A stretch of DNA of 64,000 nucleotides from Torpedo marmorata (taxonomy: Eukaryota), in the NCBI GenBank assembly GCA_977017645.1, contig OZ360224.1, positions 88,412,001 through 88,476,000 of the forward strand, read 5' to 3'. Below the pieces are notes generated by a model. The model searched no databases, was not told the DNA's origin, and saw nothing but the letters and a program-made list of their open reading frames with translations. A program made the translations under genes and the position numbers. Below, piece after piece: positions 12,425 through 25,790 of the stretch (its first letter is position 1; every line of letters starts with the position of its first letter).

Positions 12425-13175
12425 AACGCATGCGCAGATTGCCGTCACTGGGGAGGGAGAGAGATTGAAGAGGGAGAGAGAGTGACGGAAATCTGCGCAT
12501 GTGTTCCAAATCACAACGCAGGAGCGGGGCCGACGTCGGACTCCCAGCAGGGCAGGGGCCCTTCTGGCAGGTCAGGAATAGGTCTGGCGTTGGCCTCCTG
12601 GCAGGTTAGAATCAGTGCCGGCGTCAGCCTCCCGGCAGGAGCAAAAGCAGCATCAGCCTCCCGGCAGGTCAGGAATAGATCCGGCGTCGGCCTCCCGGCA
12701 GGTCAGTAAAAGTGTAGACGTCAGCAGGTCAGGAGTAGGTTCGGCGTCGGCCTCCCGGCAGGTCAGTAACAGTGTAGACGTCAGCAGGTCAGGAATAGAT
12801 CCGGCGTCGGCCTCCCGGCAGGTCAGTAACAGTGTAGACGTCAGCAGGTCAGGAGTAGGTTCGGCGTCGGCCTCCCGGCAGGTCAGGAACAGGGCCAGCA
12901 TCGGCCTCCCGACAGGTCAGGAGCAGAACAGGCGTCGGCCTCCCGACAGGTCAGGAGCAGGGCCGGCGTTGGCCTCGCGGCAGGTCAGGAGCTGGGTCGG
13001 CTTTCCAAATCACAACGGGGCCGGTGACGTTGGCCTCCCGGGTCGGCAGCAGCGGGGACATTGGCCTCCCGGCAGCAGCGGAGACATCGGCCTCTATAAT
13101 TCTATAATCCGAAAAAAATCCGAATTCCGAAAAGTGTCCGTTCCCAAGGTTTTCAGATAAAAGGTTAGGCACCTG
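12425..13175. mobile_element. Partial pogo/Tigger-like non-autonomous DNA element with GC-rich minisatellite
   Basis: Right end ...ggttttcagataaaaggttaggcacctg|TA resembles a CAGGT-type TIR with TA TSD. Left TIR not found. Confidence 0.55.
12520..13000. repeat. GC-rich minisatellite: ~35-bp base unit and four 60-bp composite units alternating A/B
   Basis: Lines at 12661, 12721, 12781 and 12841 are near-identical 60-mers alternating aggaatagatccgg and aggagtaggttcgg. Confidence 0.93.
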
Positions 13176-14221
13176 TATACAATAGTCTAAAAAAATACCA
13201 GTCTGGCACACTCAAAGTCCCCTGACGCAGAAAATTCTCTTCAAATATGGATACGCAGTGCTTTTTACCTTGCAGCTGTCTCATGCTCATGTAAATTAGA
13301 ATCACAGAACATTTACATGCAACAGGTGGCCATTAAGCCCATCAGGTCTGAGCTAGTCAACAATGACATACCCAACTTAATCCTAACTTCCAGCACCAGT
13401 CTCAAATCCCTGCAGTCATACCTCTTCGAGTATACTCCCATGTACTCTTTTAATGTGATGGAAGTTTTTGTCTCTACTACTACTTCAGACACCACATATC
13501 CATGATTGAAAAAAAAGTTTCTTTATCTCCTTTCAAATCCATCTACCAATTGCTTTAAATCCATGACCCCCAGGTTTTTGACTCCCGTAGGAAAATAAAT
13601 CCTGCCTAATTATTCTATTCAGGCCATCAATTTTGTATCTCGCAATTATAATTTCCCCTCAGCCTTCTCTCCTCCAAAGAACGCAAACACAGTCCATCTC
13701 AAACCCAGCTCTATTTTCAGGTTTTGGCTACATTCTAACAAGTCTCCTCTGCATGCTCACCAATACAGTCATATTTTAAAAATTTTACTATTATTATATT
13801 TCCTTAGGTCATTGATTTAGGCCATTTAGCCCATCTAATCGACATCTTAAAGAAATACTATTAGTTGCATTGCCCCTTTTTTATTAATTCATTCAAGGGA
13901 TATGGGGTTCACAGGCTGAGGCAGCATCCCTAACTGCCCTTAAACTGTGTTAAACCAGAGTCTGCAGATGCTGGAGTGGAGTGCAATACATTTGAACACT
14001 ACTGTGAGAGGTGGGTATATGTAAAACTGCTGTTCGGGTGGGAGTTCCAGGATTTCGACCCAACGATGGTGAAGGAACAGCATAATATTTGCAAGTCAGG
14101 ATTACGTGTGGCTTGGAGGGGCAACTGCCAGATGGTGGTGCTTCCATGCTTTTGCTGCCCTGTCCTTCTAGTGGCTAGAGGTGGTGGGTTTAGAAGGTGG
14201 AGATCAGAATATTATTATTGA

Positions 14222-15006
14222 GGATCAGAATATTATTTAAATGGGAAGCGATTGCAGCATGATGCCATGCAGAAGGACTTGGGAGTGCTTGTACATGAAT
14301 CACAAAAGATAGGAAAGATAGGTTTGCAGGTGCAGCAGGCTATCAAGAAGGCAAATGGAATGTTGGCCTTCATTGCTGGAGGGATTGAATTTAAGAGCAG
14401 GGAGGTTATGCTGCAACTGTACAAGGCTGAGACCGCATCTGAAGTACTGTGTGCAGTTCTGGTCTCCATACTTGAGGAAGGATGTATTAGCTTTGGAGGC
14501 GGTGCAGAGGAGGTTAACCAGGTTGATTCCAGGGTTGAAGGGGTTAGTCTATAAGGAGAGATTGAGTCATCTGGGACTGTACTCACTGGAATTTAGAAGA
14601 ATGAGAGGGAATCTTATAGAAACATATAAAATTATGAAAGGCATAAATAGGATAGAGGTAGGCAAGTTGTTTACATTGATAGGGGAGACCAGAACTAGGG
14701 GACATAGCCTCAAGATTCAGGGTAGTAAATTTAGGACAGAGATGAGGAGGAACTGCTTTTCCCAGAGGGTGGTGAATCTGTGGAATTCACTGCCCATTGA
14801 AGCAGTGGAGGCGACTTCAGTACATATTTAAGACAAGGTTGGATAGATTTTTACATAGTAAGGAAATTAAGGGATATGGGGAAAAGGCAGGTAGCTGGAG
14901 ATGAGCCCATCATCAGATCAGTCATGATCTCATTGAATGGCAGAGCAGGCTCGACGGACCGGATGGCCTACTCCTACTCCTGCTCCTATTTCTTATGTTC
15001 TTATGT
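14222..15006 (+). mobile_element. CR1 LINE 3' fragment inserted into an older degenerate repeat
   Basis: ORFs 14252..14554 and 14355..14831 (QKDLGVLV; RPHLKYCVQFWSPYLRKD; NLWNSLP). (TTCTTATG)n tail. GATCAGAATATTATT duplicated at the 5' junction. Confidence 0.9.
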
Positions 15007-16667
15007 CCTGTCTAAGGAACTTTGGTGAATTGCTGCAGTGCATCCTGTGGATATTAAAAACTGCTGCTCCTGCATGTCGGTGACGGAGTGATTGAATGGT
15101 TGTCGACCAAGGATCGGAGAACTATAGTCAGAGACTGCGATTTCTTTCCTTGCTAGATGAAATACGTCCCAGGCAAAAAAAAACATGTTCATCTCACCTA
15201 ATGTTTCACACTCATTCACTTCAATTATGGTGAACTTCATGCACAAGACCCTAGTCTTCTGCAGAACAGTTGAATTAAGGTATATTAAGATAGGGAAAAC
15301 AGGATTATGGTTTCCTCGTATTTGTCCACTGTTCACTATCTTTAAAAGCAAATCAGAAGGCATTTTGCATGGAAGTCCCCTCTCAACTGGATTGCAAACG
15401 AGGATACTACTGTAAAGATAGCATTCTCTCATTATCCATAAAATATATTCTTGGCCATCTCTTAAAAGCTTTCTGAACAATAAGATCAGATAAATGGTAA
15501 ATATTAGCACTGTTCAACAGCCATCTTTTGGATAAGGCGTTAAACTGAGGCCATATCCGCATTTTCAGTGCATGGCTATTTTTTTTGAAATTGAGCAAAT
15601 CCTAGCCAATACTTGATCCTCGTCGGTCACAGGGAGGAAGATACAATTAAAAGTTAGTTGATGCAGAGCAACATGTTGATCTGACATACTGCAGCCACTT
15701 CGTCTTGATCTTCATCAGCATCATTATCACTCACTTATCTTTTTGCAGGTCACCGTTCAGCAGAAGTGTTGTTGAAACAGCAATCTCAACATCATGGTTC
15801 CAATAAGAACAGAGGCTGAGTAAGTTGAATCAAGTGATTCACTCACCTCAAAGGCTCTGCCTTTAGTTACAAGACACTTGAAACATATTTTCCCTGCCTT
15901 GGATGCTGCAGCTAGAATTATGTTTCAAATTCAGCCCTTTCAACATTGAACAGTTGATGGATGTCTGAAGAACAGAGAGTAGTTATTGAATTTTCTTCGA
16001 GATTATCACTCTCTGGCACTAGCATGATTCAATTCTTGCTTGCCACTTGGCAGTCCAATCTTGTAGGTTGGAATGGGCTGCTTCATTATCAGCAACAGTC
16101 CATATAGCACTGAACAATGTCAGGCAAAAGCACAAACACTGACAAAATGAAGAGAAGGTCAACCAGTGAAGCTGTTGAAGGGCCTGTGACAATTGACCTC
16201 TAACCACACTCACTGCTTTCCTTTGCAGACTGATAAGGTTGTATTTACCAGGTCATTTCCTTTGACGCCCCCAGATCTCAATTTCTACTGAAGTCCTGGA
16301 TATCATACTTAATAAAAGGTTATCTTGATGTCAAGGTAGTCTACTCCTGCCTCTTCCCAGGTAATTAGACCTCCTGACCATGTCTGGATTAAAGCTGTGG
16401 AATGAGGTCAGGATGAAGGCGAGCTGACACAATTGGTGAATTCCTGCCATCATTGCACTATGGGACAAAGCTGACAGAAAACTCTGTTTTTTTTCCAGGT
16501 CTGTTATATCTGGATAACCACCCACACTATCTACAATGCATGAATCTGCTTAATATATTGCAGCAAAAAAAAAGTTAAAAACATGGTTAAAAATATTCTA
16601 TCAACTACACTAGACCAATGATAATGTTAGACATGAAAATGAAAGTCATAAAAATATTACATAGCAC

Positions 16668-16800
16668 CTTTATGTCTTGGCATCTGGATTGGGGGCAGCT
16701 TTTTCACCAGTAAAAATAGTCGTTCTGCACATTTCAGACTCTTTAGCTGTTTCAAATCTGTTTCAACTGTAAAGAACACTTTGCCTGATATCTGTTCCAC
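16668..16800 (-). CDS. THUMPD2: THUMPD2 coding exon 2 (133 nt)
   Basis: Acceptor tttgtag, then VEQISGKVFFTVETDLKQLKSLKCAERLFLLVKKLPPIQMPRHK+G, then gtgcta. Matches my recollection of human THUMPD2 VEYISGKVFFTTCSDLNMLKKLKSAERLFLLIKKQFP. In phase with exon 1. Absent from the ORF track. Confidence 0.9.
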
Positions 16801-16976
16801 CTACAAACACAAGGGAAGGAAGACAAATGTCAGTATTTTTTGGTCTTTATCGTAGGCCCTAATTTTTGTTGTGTTTCTGGAGGTTTTTTGTTTCAAAACA
16901 TCTTTATTTAAAATACCTTAAATTAAATATTTTCTGGTCCACAATATACTCCAGTCCCTGTAGAAGTAAGAGTACA

Positions 16977-19525
16977 TTTTATAAGACTTTTTCTCATTTA
17001 TTAATACCTCATTTGGATTCGGTTCTTTCTGAATCCTTGGCTGCTGGGAAATTACCAGATACTTTTTATGAAGCTTCAATCTCTCTTATTCCTAAAAAGA
17101 ATAAAGATTCTTCTGATTGTTCTTCCTACAGACCAATTTCTCTCTTGAATGCCGATACTAAGATACTGTCTAAGATTGTGGCCCGTAAGTTAGAAAATAT
17201 TATGCCCCTTATTATCTCTGAAGATCAAACTGGTTTTATCAAGGGTCTTTATTCACAATTTAATATCCGTCGCCTGTTAAATATCCTTTATTCTGCCAGT
17301 TACACCTTCTGAATGTACTATTTCATTGGATGCTGAAAAAGCATTTGACAGAGTAGAATGGGATTACTTATTTAACGTGTTAGAGAAATTTAACTTTGGT
17401 CCTAAATTTATTAATTGGATTAAATTAATATACTTATCTCCTACTGCTTCAATTTTCACTATTCAATTAAATCCAAACCTTTCAAACTTCACCGTGGAAC
17501 TAGACAAGGTTGCCCTTTAAGCCCGTTATTATTTAATTTGGCATTAGAACCATTAGCGGTGGCCTTTCGGCAATCTGATGGTATCTCTGGAATTATAAGA
17601 GGTGGGAATGTTCATAAGGTCTCTCTATATGCAGATGACCTTCTATTGTATATATCTGATCCTGATCGTTCGATTCCAGCCATTGTATCACTCCTTCATC
17701 AATTTGGTCAATTTTCAGGACATAAATTAAATCTCAATAAAAGTGAGATGTTTGTTTTGAATTCTTCTAGCTCTCTAGACTTTGCCGTTCCTTTTAAAAT
17801 TGCTAAAAATTAATTTAATTATTTGGGTGTTACCGTTACTAAGAACTTCAATAATTTGTTCAATGAGAACTTTCTTACCTTAATGAATCATGTCAAAAAG
17901 TTCTTAGTCAATGGTCTCCTTTTTCAATGTCCTTAATTGGATGCATTAATATTATTAAGATGAATATCCTATCCAAGTTCTTATATATTTTTCAAGCTGT
18001 ACCTGTTTTTGCTCCCAAAATGTTTTTCGATTCGCTTGATTCAATTATATCTTCTTTTGTTTGGAAAAATAAGTGCCTCCATCTTAATAAAACTCTCCTT
18101 CAAAACCCTAACAAGAAAGGGGCTTTGGCACTGCCTAATTTTAGATATTATTATTGGGCAGCTAATATTAGATATATTACTTTTTGGATTCACCATAAGG
18201 ATAGACAGGATGCTGCAATCTACTATTCTCTTATTTCGTTAGTTGGAGCATCATTACCTTTTTCCGCCTCTAGATTAACTGATAATTTTGTTGTTAAAGA
18301 ACTTGGTTTCAATTTAGAAAACACTTTGGTTACCATAGATTTTTACTAGTCAGTCCCCTTTTAGCTAATTCTTTTTTTTTTAACCTTCAGTACAAGATTT
18401 TGGTTTTCATGAATGGTCTGAATTAGGTATCCAATCTTTTCAGGATCTTTTTATTGACCAGAATTTGGCTTCTTTTGAACAATTATCTTCTAAGTTTAAA
18501 TTATTTAAACAATTTTTTTTAGATATTTACAGATTATGAGCTTCTTGAACTCCTTAGTATTGAGACTCCCTCAAGATTTGGAATCAAATATGATAGGGAA
18601 GATTTATAATTTTAAACCGAATCATAAAAATTTGATATCAGTTCTTTATGACTTATTATTGTTGTCTAGAGGTAATTTCTTGGACAAGACTAAGAAATTA
18701 TGGGAGCAAGATTTTCAACAATTATTTTTGGATGCTACATGGGATTCTATTTTGAAACTGGTAAATTCATCTTCTCTATGTGCCCGACACTCATTATTAC
18801 AATTTAAAGTAGTACATTGAGCTTACTTCTCCAAAGTTCAATTGGCTAAATTCTATTCTAATATTTCTTCAAAATGTGATAAATGTAAGACTGAAGAAGG
18901 TACATTGTTTCATATGTTTTGGTCATGTTCTTCTCTTTCCAATGATTGGGAAAGTATTTTTCGTAACTTGTCTTTAGTTCTTAATATTAATTTGACTCCT
19001 AATCCTTTTCTTGCCCTCTTTGGAACAAGTAAGCCTACTGACTTGAATTTGTCTGGGTCACAATCCCATGTAGTTGCCTTCGTTTTTCTTATCGCTAGAA
19101 GAGCTATATTGATGAGGTGGAAAGATGCTGTCCCTCCTACACATATCCAGTGGCTGTCTGATGTGATGGCATGTCTGACTTTAGAAAAAATTAGATGTTC
19201 TACTACTGAAATGAAATTTAACTTTAAGTTTATGGGGTCCTTTTCTTTCTTATTTTCATAATTTATAAGGCTACTTAGATCTCGTTTAGTGATTTGGTTG
19301 TTTTCTCTTTCACAGTAGTGGAGCATGTATGTTTAACCAACAACTTCATAAGGGTGGGGTTAGATTATTAGTATAATTTTCTTTTTTTTTCCTGATTTTT
19401 GGTTATGTATCATAGGTTATTTGTAGTTATATGTACCAATATAGTTATTTTGTTGGATATTTACTTTTATTATTATTATTACCTATGTATCATTTACTGT
19501 TAAAATTCAATAAAAATATTAAAAG
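16977..19525 (+). mobile_element. L1-clade LINE, 5'-truncated (RT to 3' end), 15-bp TSD
   Basis: [32 protein letters not shown]...HMFWSC. AATAAA near 19509. AGAAGTAAGAGTACA at 16962-16976 and 19526-19540. Confidence 0.94.
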
Positions 19526-19544
19526 AGAAGTAAGAGTACAGGTG

Positions 19545-20740
19545 ACTACAGTTCGTCTGTGATCTATTCTGGTCATTAACTATATCCGGTGCTCCCAATG
19601 CAGCCTCCTCTAAATCGGGAAACCAGATGCAGATTAGATCGTGTCGTTGGGCACCTTCGCTCTGTCCACTGCAACAGTAAGGACCTCCCAGTGGCAACCA
19701 CTTCAGATCCACATCCCATAGCCATACTGACAGGTCTGTCCATGGCCTCATTTACTGCCAAGTTGAGGTCACTCGCAAATTGTATTCTGTCTTGGCAGTC
19801 TCCAGACAGACAGCATCAATATTGACTTCTCTGACGCAGGTTCCCATCTCGGCCCCGTCTGTCCCCAGACTGGAGCCCCCGATGGGGTACAGAGTACAAA
19901 AGTTAAGACCTCATGATTCAGCTGAACAAGGCGTTGGAGAGAACACACTTACAATACTGTGTGCAGCTCTGGTTGTCCAGATAGAGAGAGGGCATCAATA
20001 AACAAGAAAATCTGCAGATGCTGGGATCTAGTGCAATACACAAACGTGCTGGAGAAACTCAACGGGTCATACAGCATCCATAGGGAGTAAAATGCAATCA
20101 ACATTTCAGCCTGAGCCCTTCGTAGGGAATGTGGAAAAACACAGACACATGAATAAAAAGGTGGGGGCAAAGAGAGGATGGAGGAAGTGGAAGGAGTACA
20201 GCCTAACAAATAAGAGGTGGGAGAAGAGAAAGAAACTGAAAAGTGATAGGGGAAGAGGGCAGAGGGCTACGATGGAAGGAAGGGGGTGGCAAACTGCAGG
20301 AAAGGAGACAGAGGGGTAGGGAAAGAGAGGGGGAGGAGAGTTAATGAAAATTGGACGTTGACATTGATGCCGTCTGGTTAGAGACTGTCGAGATGGAATA
20401 CATGGTGCTGTTCCTCCAGTTTGTCATGGAGGGATCGAACCCTACAGAAAGCAGAGAGGGGAGGGGAAGATGCGTTTGGTGGTGGGATCCTGTCTACAAT
20501 CTTCGCTCTGCAACACTAAGGACCTCCCAGAGGACAATCACTTCACTTCCACACCCCATTACCACATGGACATGTCCGTTTACGGCCTCATGTACTGCCA
20601 AGTTGAGGACACCTGCAATTGGAGGAACACCTTGTATTACATCTCGACAGTCTCCAAGCAAATGGCATTAATATCGATCTCCAATTTCCGTTAACCCCCT
20701 CCCCTGTGACCTGCTGAGTTTATCCAGAAATTTTGTATAT
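19545..20740. mobile_element. Degenerate Penelope-like fragments in mixed orientation
   Basis: GIY-YIG-like remnants at ~19580-19830 and ~20480-20700. Terminal repeat ctgcagatgctgg...gctggagaaactc at ~20000-20130. Confidence 0.62.
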
Positions 20741-20744
20741 TCCA

Positions 20745-21200
20745 TCAATAAATTGGAAGGGTGCAGATTCAACAGGATGTTGCTGGGACTGGAGGGGTCA
20801 AGTTATGGGGAGAGGATAGATAGGCTCGGTCTTTATTTCCTTGAGCAAAGGAGGCTGAGGGGCAATCTTATAGAGGTTTATAAAATCACGAGGGGCATGG
20901 ATAAAGCGCATCCTTAGTCTTTTTCCCCAGGGTAGATGATTATAGAACTGGAGGACATCGGTTTAAAGTGAGAGAGGAAAGATTTAAGAGGGACCTGAGA
21001 GGCAACCTTTAACTCAGAGGGTGGTCTATATCCAGAACGAGCTGCCAAAGGAAACTGTAGAAGTGGGCACAATTACAACGTTCAAAAGACAGTTGGACAG
21101 AGTTATGGATGGAAAGGTGAACCAAATGCAGGCAAATGGGATTAGCCCAGAATGCCAACTTGGTTAAGGGCCTGTTCTATGCTGTATGGTTACGACTTTG
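20745..21200 (+). mobile_element. CR1 3' end, degenerate
   Basis: gggtgcag...aggatgttgctgggactggaggg...gaggctgaggggcaatcttatagaggtttataaaatc, typical of the CR1 ORF2 end. Confidence 0.8.
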
Positions 21201-22560
21201 TGATTTGTCAGACTCAGGTTTCAGGATGATTTCACTACCATTTAAATTAGCATCTTTAAATTGTTCAGAAGTTAGTAAAGCAGCCATTTCCACTTTAAAA
21301 AGATAATTGAATTTGGGAAGGCTATACAGTCCATCATCTGTTCCCACTCATTAGTACAATGGAACAGTACAGCACAGAAAAAAGCTCTTCGGCCCATCTA
21401 GCCCATGCCTAGACCCATTGACCTGCACCCAGACCATAGCCCTTCATATTCCTCCTATCCATGTACCTATCCAAATCTTTCATAATGTTGAAATCGAATC
21501 CGTATTCACCACTTCAGTTGGCAGCTTGTTCCACACTCTCACCACCATCTGCGTGAAGAAGTTCCCCCCAATGTTCCCTTTAAACATTTCACCTTTCACC
21601 CTTAACCTCTGGAGATCAGGACAGTTCGAAGGTGGTCGCAGAAGTCTGAAGAACGGTTACAGGACTTTCTCGAGTCAGCGGATTGGCCGGTGTTCAAGGA
21701 CTCAGCTGAGGATCTGAATGATTACACCAGGGCTGTCACAGACTTTATCAAAACAGCTGTGGATGGGTGTGTCCCCACCAAATCGTTCAGGGTTTTCCCC
21801 AACCAGAAGCCCTGGATAAACAATGAAATCCAGAACTTGCTGAGAGCCAGATCACAGGCATTTAAGTCTGGAGATCCAGATCACTATAGGAGCAGGTAAG
21901 ACCTACGGAAAGCGATCTTCTGGGCAAAGTGGAGTTTCCAGACAAAAATGGAAACAACAAAGGATACTTGACAGCTGTGGCAAGGCCTAAATGACATAAC
22001 CTGCTACAAAACCAAATCCGGTGCAGTAGGAGATGGCAAAGCTTCACTCCCAGATGAACTCAATGATTTCTATGCCCGATTCGACCACAAGAACAAGGAA
22101 GAACCACCACTGCGCACCCCCATGTCTCCTGATGATCCTCTTCTGTCCGTATCCGAGGTTGACGTGCGGGCTGCCTTCAGGAGAGTGAATCCAAGGAAAG
22201 CATACAGTCCGGACGGAGTACTCGGCCGAGTATTAAAAATCTGTGCTGACCAACTTACCAATGTATTCACTGATATTTTCAACATCTCACTTCAGCAGGC
22301 ATGGCACCTACCTGCTTCAAACAGGTGTCAATCGTACCAGTGCCCCAGAAGACTGTGATAACCTGCCTAAATGACTATTGACCAGTGGCAGTCACATCAA
22401 CAGTGATGAAGTGTTTTGAAAGGCTGGTATTGTCAGCTCCTGTCTGAGCGGCGACATAGATCCGTTCCAATTCGCCTATCACAGCAACACGTCTAAGGCA
22501 GGCTCTACAAAGAGCCCTGGAACACCTGGACAGCAAAGATGCATACATCAGGATGCTCTT

Positions 22561-25430
22561 TTTAAAAATAAATATTTTATTTAAAATTTTAAATCACTCG
22601 ATAATACATATTTATAAAATGCAAAATTATAAAAATACATGTGATATATTTTCACCCCCCCTCCCTTCCCTCCCACCCTTACTATTCTAATATAAAACAA
22701 AAGAAAAAAAGAAAAAGATAAAGTATGGAGAATGTCAATCTAAAAAGAACAACTATAAGCTGATTTAATTGTGGAGGATAGGTTCGCCAGTCAGATCTGA
22801 TATTCAGAGATCTTCAAATCCTTAGACCCATAGTTTTTATATATGGGCTCCATATTTTCAAAAAGAAATGATATTTGTTACGTAAATTATAAGTAATTTT
22901 TTCAAGTGGTATAGCTGACCGAAGTTCTGCATGCCATCTTTCTAACCCTAAATCTACATCAGATTTCCATGTAATAGCAATGCATTTCTTTGAAACAGCT
23001 AAAGCAATTCGCAAAAATTCGATTTGATACATATTTAATCTCAATTTAATACTAATTCTTTTAATATCTCCAAACAAAAATATCATAGGATCCATTGGGA
23101 ATGTAATTCTTAATACTTTATCTAAAAACTTTTTAACTTTCAACCAAAAATCATATATCTTTGGACAAAGCCATGTAGAGTGTACAAAAGAACCTTCCTC
23201 TTTATTACGTCTAAAACAAACCTGATAATGTCGAATTAAATTTCTTAGGTGTTAAATATAATTGATGCAAAAAGTTATATTGCACTAACCTATATCTAAC
23301 GTTAATAATCTTCGTCATACTTTGTTTACATATTTCTTTCCAATGTTCCTCATCTATTGTTACATTCAGATCTGATTCCCATTTTAATCTTGATTTATGA
23401 ATTCCTAATTTAGGCATTTTTCTCTGTAACAATCTATACATTTGAGAAATAAATTTATTTATACCCCCATTAGTAACTAATAGTTCCAATTCACTTTGTC
23501 TTGGTAAAGTTAAACTATAACCCAACCTTTCAACTAAAAATGCTCTATTTTGATAATAAGCAAAAAGTGTATTATTTAATACATTAAACTTCTCTTTCAT
23601 TCTTTGAAAAGTAATAAATTTACTAGCTTCAAAACAATCATTTATTTTTTTAATTCCTTTTTCAAACCAAATTTTAAATAATTGATTGTCAATAGTAAAT
23701 GGAATGTTTATTTTGATATAAAGGCATTTTTAGAGCAATTAACCCTTTCCCTCCTATCTCCCTATCCATTTTATTCCATATTTCTAACAGATGTTTTAAA
23801 ATAGGAGAATTATTACCTTTCCTTAATAATAATTTAGAATTCCATTTATAAATAACTTCTTCTTTCAAATCCTCTCCTATATTATTTAATTCTATTCTAA
23901 TCCAAGCAGAAGATTTTTTCTAAATCAAACATTTTATTAATAAATTTCAATTGGGCTGCTTTATAATAATTTTGAAAATTGGGGAGTTGTAAACTTCCCA
24001 TTTCGTCATCCCAAGTTAATTTCTCCATACCTACTCTGGCCAACTTTCCTTTCCACAAAAATTTCCTAATAATTAAATTTAAATCTTTGAAGAATTTTTG
24101 AGGAATTTCATAAGGAATTGATTGAAAAAGATATTGAATTCTTGGAAAAGCATTCATTTTAATACAATTTACCCTTCCTATTAAAGTTATAGGTAAATCA
24201 ATCCAACTTTCTAAATCTTTTTTAATATTCATAAATAATGGTAAATAATTTAATTTACATAAATTAGCTAATCTTGTATTTGTTTATTCCCAAATACTTA
24301 ATTCCATTATTTGACCATTTAAATCGTGTAATTTCTTTACATTTGTTATAATCTCCTTGTGTCAATGCCATAATTTCACTTTTATCAGAATTAATCTTAT
24401 AACCAGATATTTCCCCATATTCTCTCAATAAAACAGTCAATTGTGTTAAAAAAGTAATAGGTTTTGTCATGTAAATCAATACATCATCTGCAAATAAACT
24501 AATTTTATGCTCTTCTTTTCCAACTTTAATACCTACAATCTTAATATCTTGTCTAATTAATTCTGCCAAAGGTCCTATTGCTAAAATAAACAATGCTGGC
24601 GACAAAGGGCATCCTTGTCTAGTTGACCTAGTCAACAAAAATTTTGAAGAAATTTGTCCATTTGTCACCACTCTGGCAGAGGGTTCTTTATATATAGTTT
24701 TAATCCAATTAATAAATGTAGTTACAAAACCAAATTTTTCCAACACTTTAAATAAATAATTCCACTCTCATCTATCAAAAGCCTTTTCAGCATCTAATGT
24801 TAATACTAGTGCTAATTTCCTCTTTCTTTTGTGCCACATTTATTAAACTAATCAATCTGGCAATATTATCTTTTGAATATCTATTCTTAAAAAAACCTGC
24901 TTGATCTATATGAATTAAATCTGGTAAATATTTAGCCACTCTATTTGCGAAAATTTTCGCCATTATCTTATAATCCACATTTAACAATGAAATTGGTCTA
25001 TATGATTCTGTTTTCAACAAATCTCTATCTTTTTTAGGTATAACTGTTATTATTGCATGTGAAAATGTTTTCGGTAGAGAATGAGTTTCCGTTATTTGTT
25101 TTAACACCTCCATATATGGAGGTATCAATAAATCCTTAAATTCCTTATAAAATTCTGATGGGAAACCATCCTCCCCCGGAGATTTTCCACTTGTTAAAGA
25201 ACTAAGAACATCGTTAACTTCTCTCATCGTAAACGATGTATCTAAAAGTTTTACTTTGAATATTTAATCTAGGTAACTTAATTTTAGAAAAAATTCATTA
25301 ATTTTAGAATCATCTTTATCAGTTTGAGATTTATATAAATTTAGATAAAATTCCTTAAATTAATCATTTATTTCTCGAGGTTTATATGTTATTTTCTTTG
25401 GATTCTTTTTTATAGCACTTATAGTTCTAG
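22561..25430 (-). mobile_element. L1-clade LINE, 5'-truncated, 15-bp TSD, same family as 55401-61245
   Basis: ORF2 pieces 24787..25227, 24264..24746, 23897..24232, 23211..23600 and 22814..23143 align by eye to the 1231-aa ORF. CATCAGGATGCTCTT at 22546-22560 and 25431-25445. Confidence 0.95.
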
Positions 25431-25545
25431 CATCAGGATGCTCTTCATTGACTACAGTTCGGCATTTAACTACATCACCCCCTCAAAATTGATTAGCAAA
25501 TTCCAAGACCTGGGACTCAGCACCACTGTGTAATTGGATACTTGA

Positions 25546-25790
25546 TTTAAATTTTAAAATTTAGACATACAGCATGGTAACAGGCCATTTCGGCCCATGA
25601 GTCTGTGCCGTTCAATTTACACCCAATTAACCTACACCCCTGGTACGTTTCGAACAGTGGGAGGTAACCGGAGCCCCTGGGGGAAACCCACGCAGACACG
25701 GGGAGAACGTACAAACTCCTTACAGACAGCGCGGGATATGAACCCTTGTCCCGAACGCTGGCGCTGTAAAGGCATTGCGCTAACTGCTAC
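25546..25790 (-). mobile_element. tRNA-derived SINE (HE1/V-SINE-like)
   Basis: Reverse complement has a tRNA-like head, core ggagtttgtacgttctccccgtgtctgcgtgggtttcc and a CR1-like tail. Homologous to 46002-46250. Confidence 0.85.

Noticed and set aside
12341-13211. Repeat-protein ORFs (12615..13160, 12653..12901)
   Set aside because: They arise from a 60-bp GC-rich minisatellite, with no splice or homology support.
15001-16560. THUMPD2 exon 3 or another host exon (ORFs 15001..15510, 16331..16525)
   Set aside because: No match to expected exon-3 motifs such as FRVSCRCSG. Part of the region looks like an old LINE RT remnant, similar to 31230-31440.
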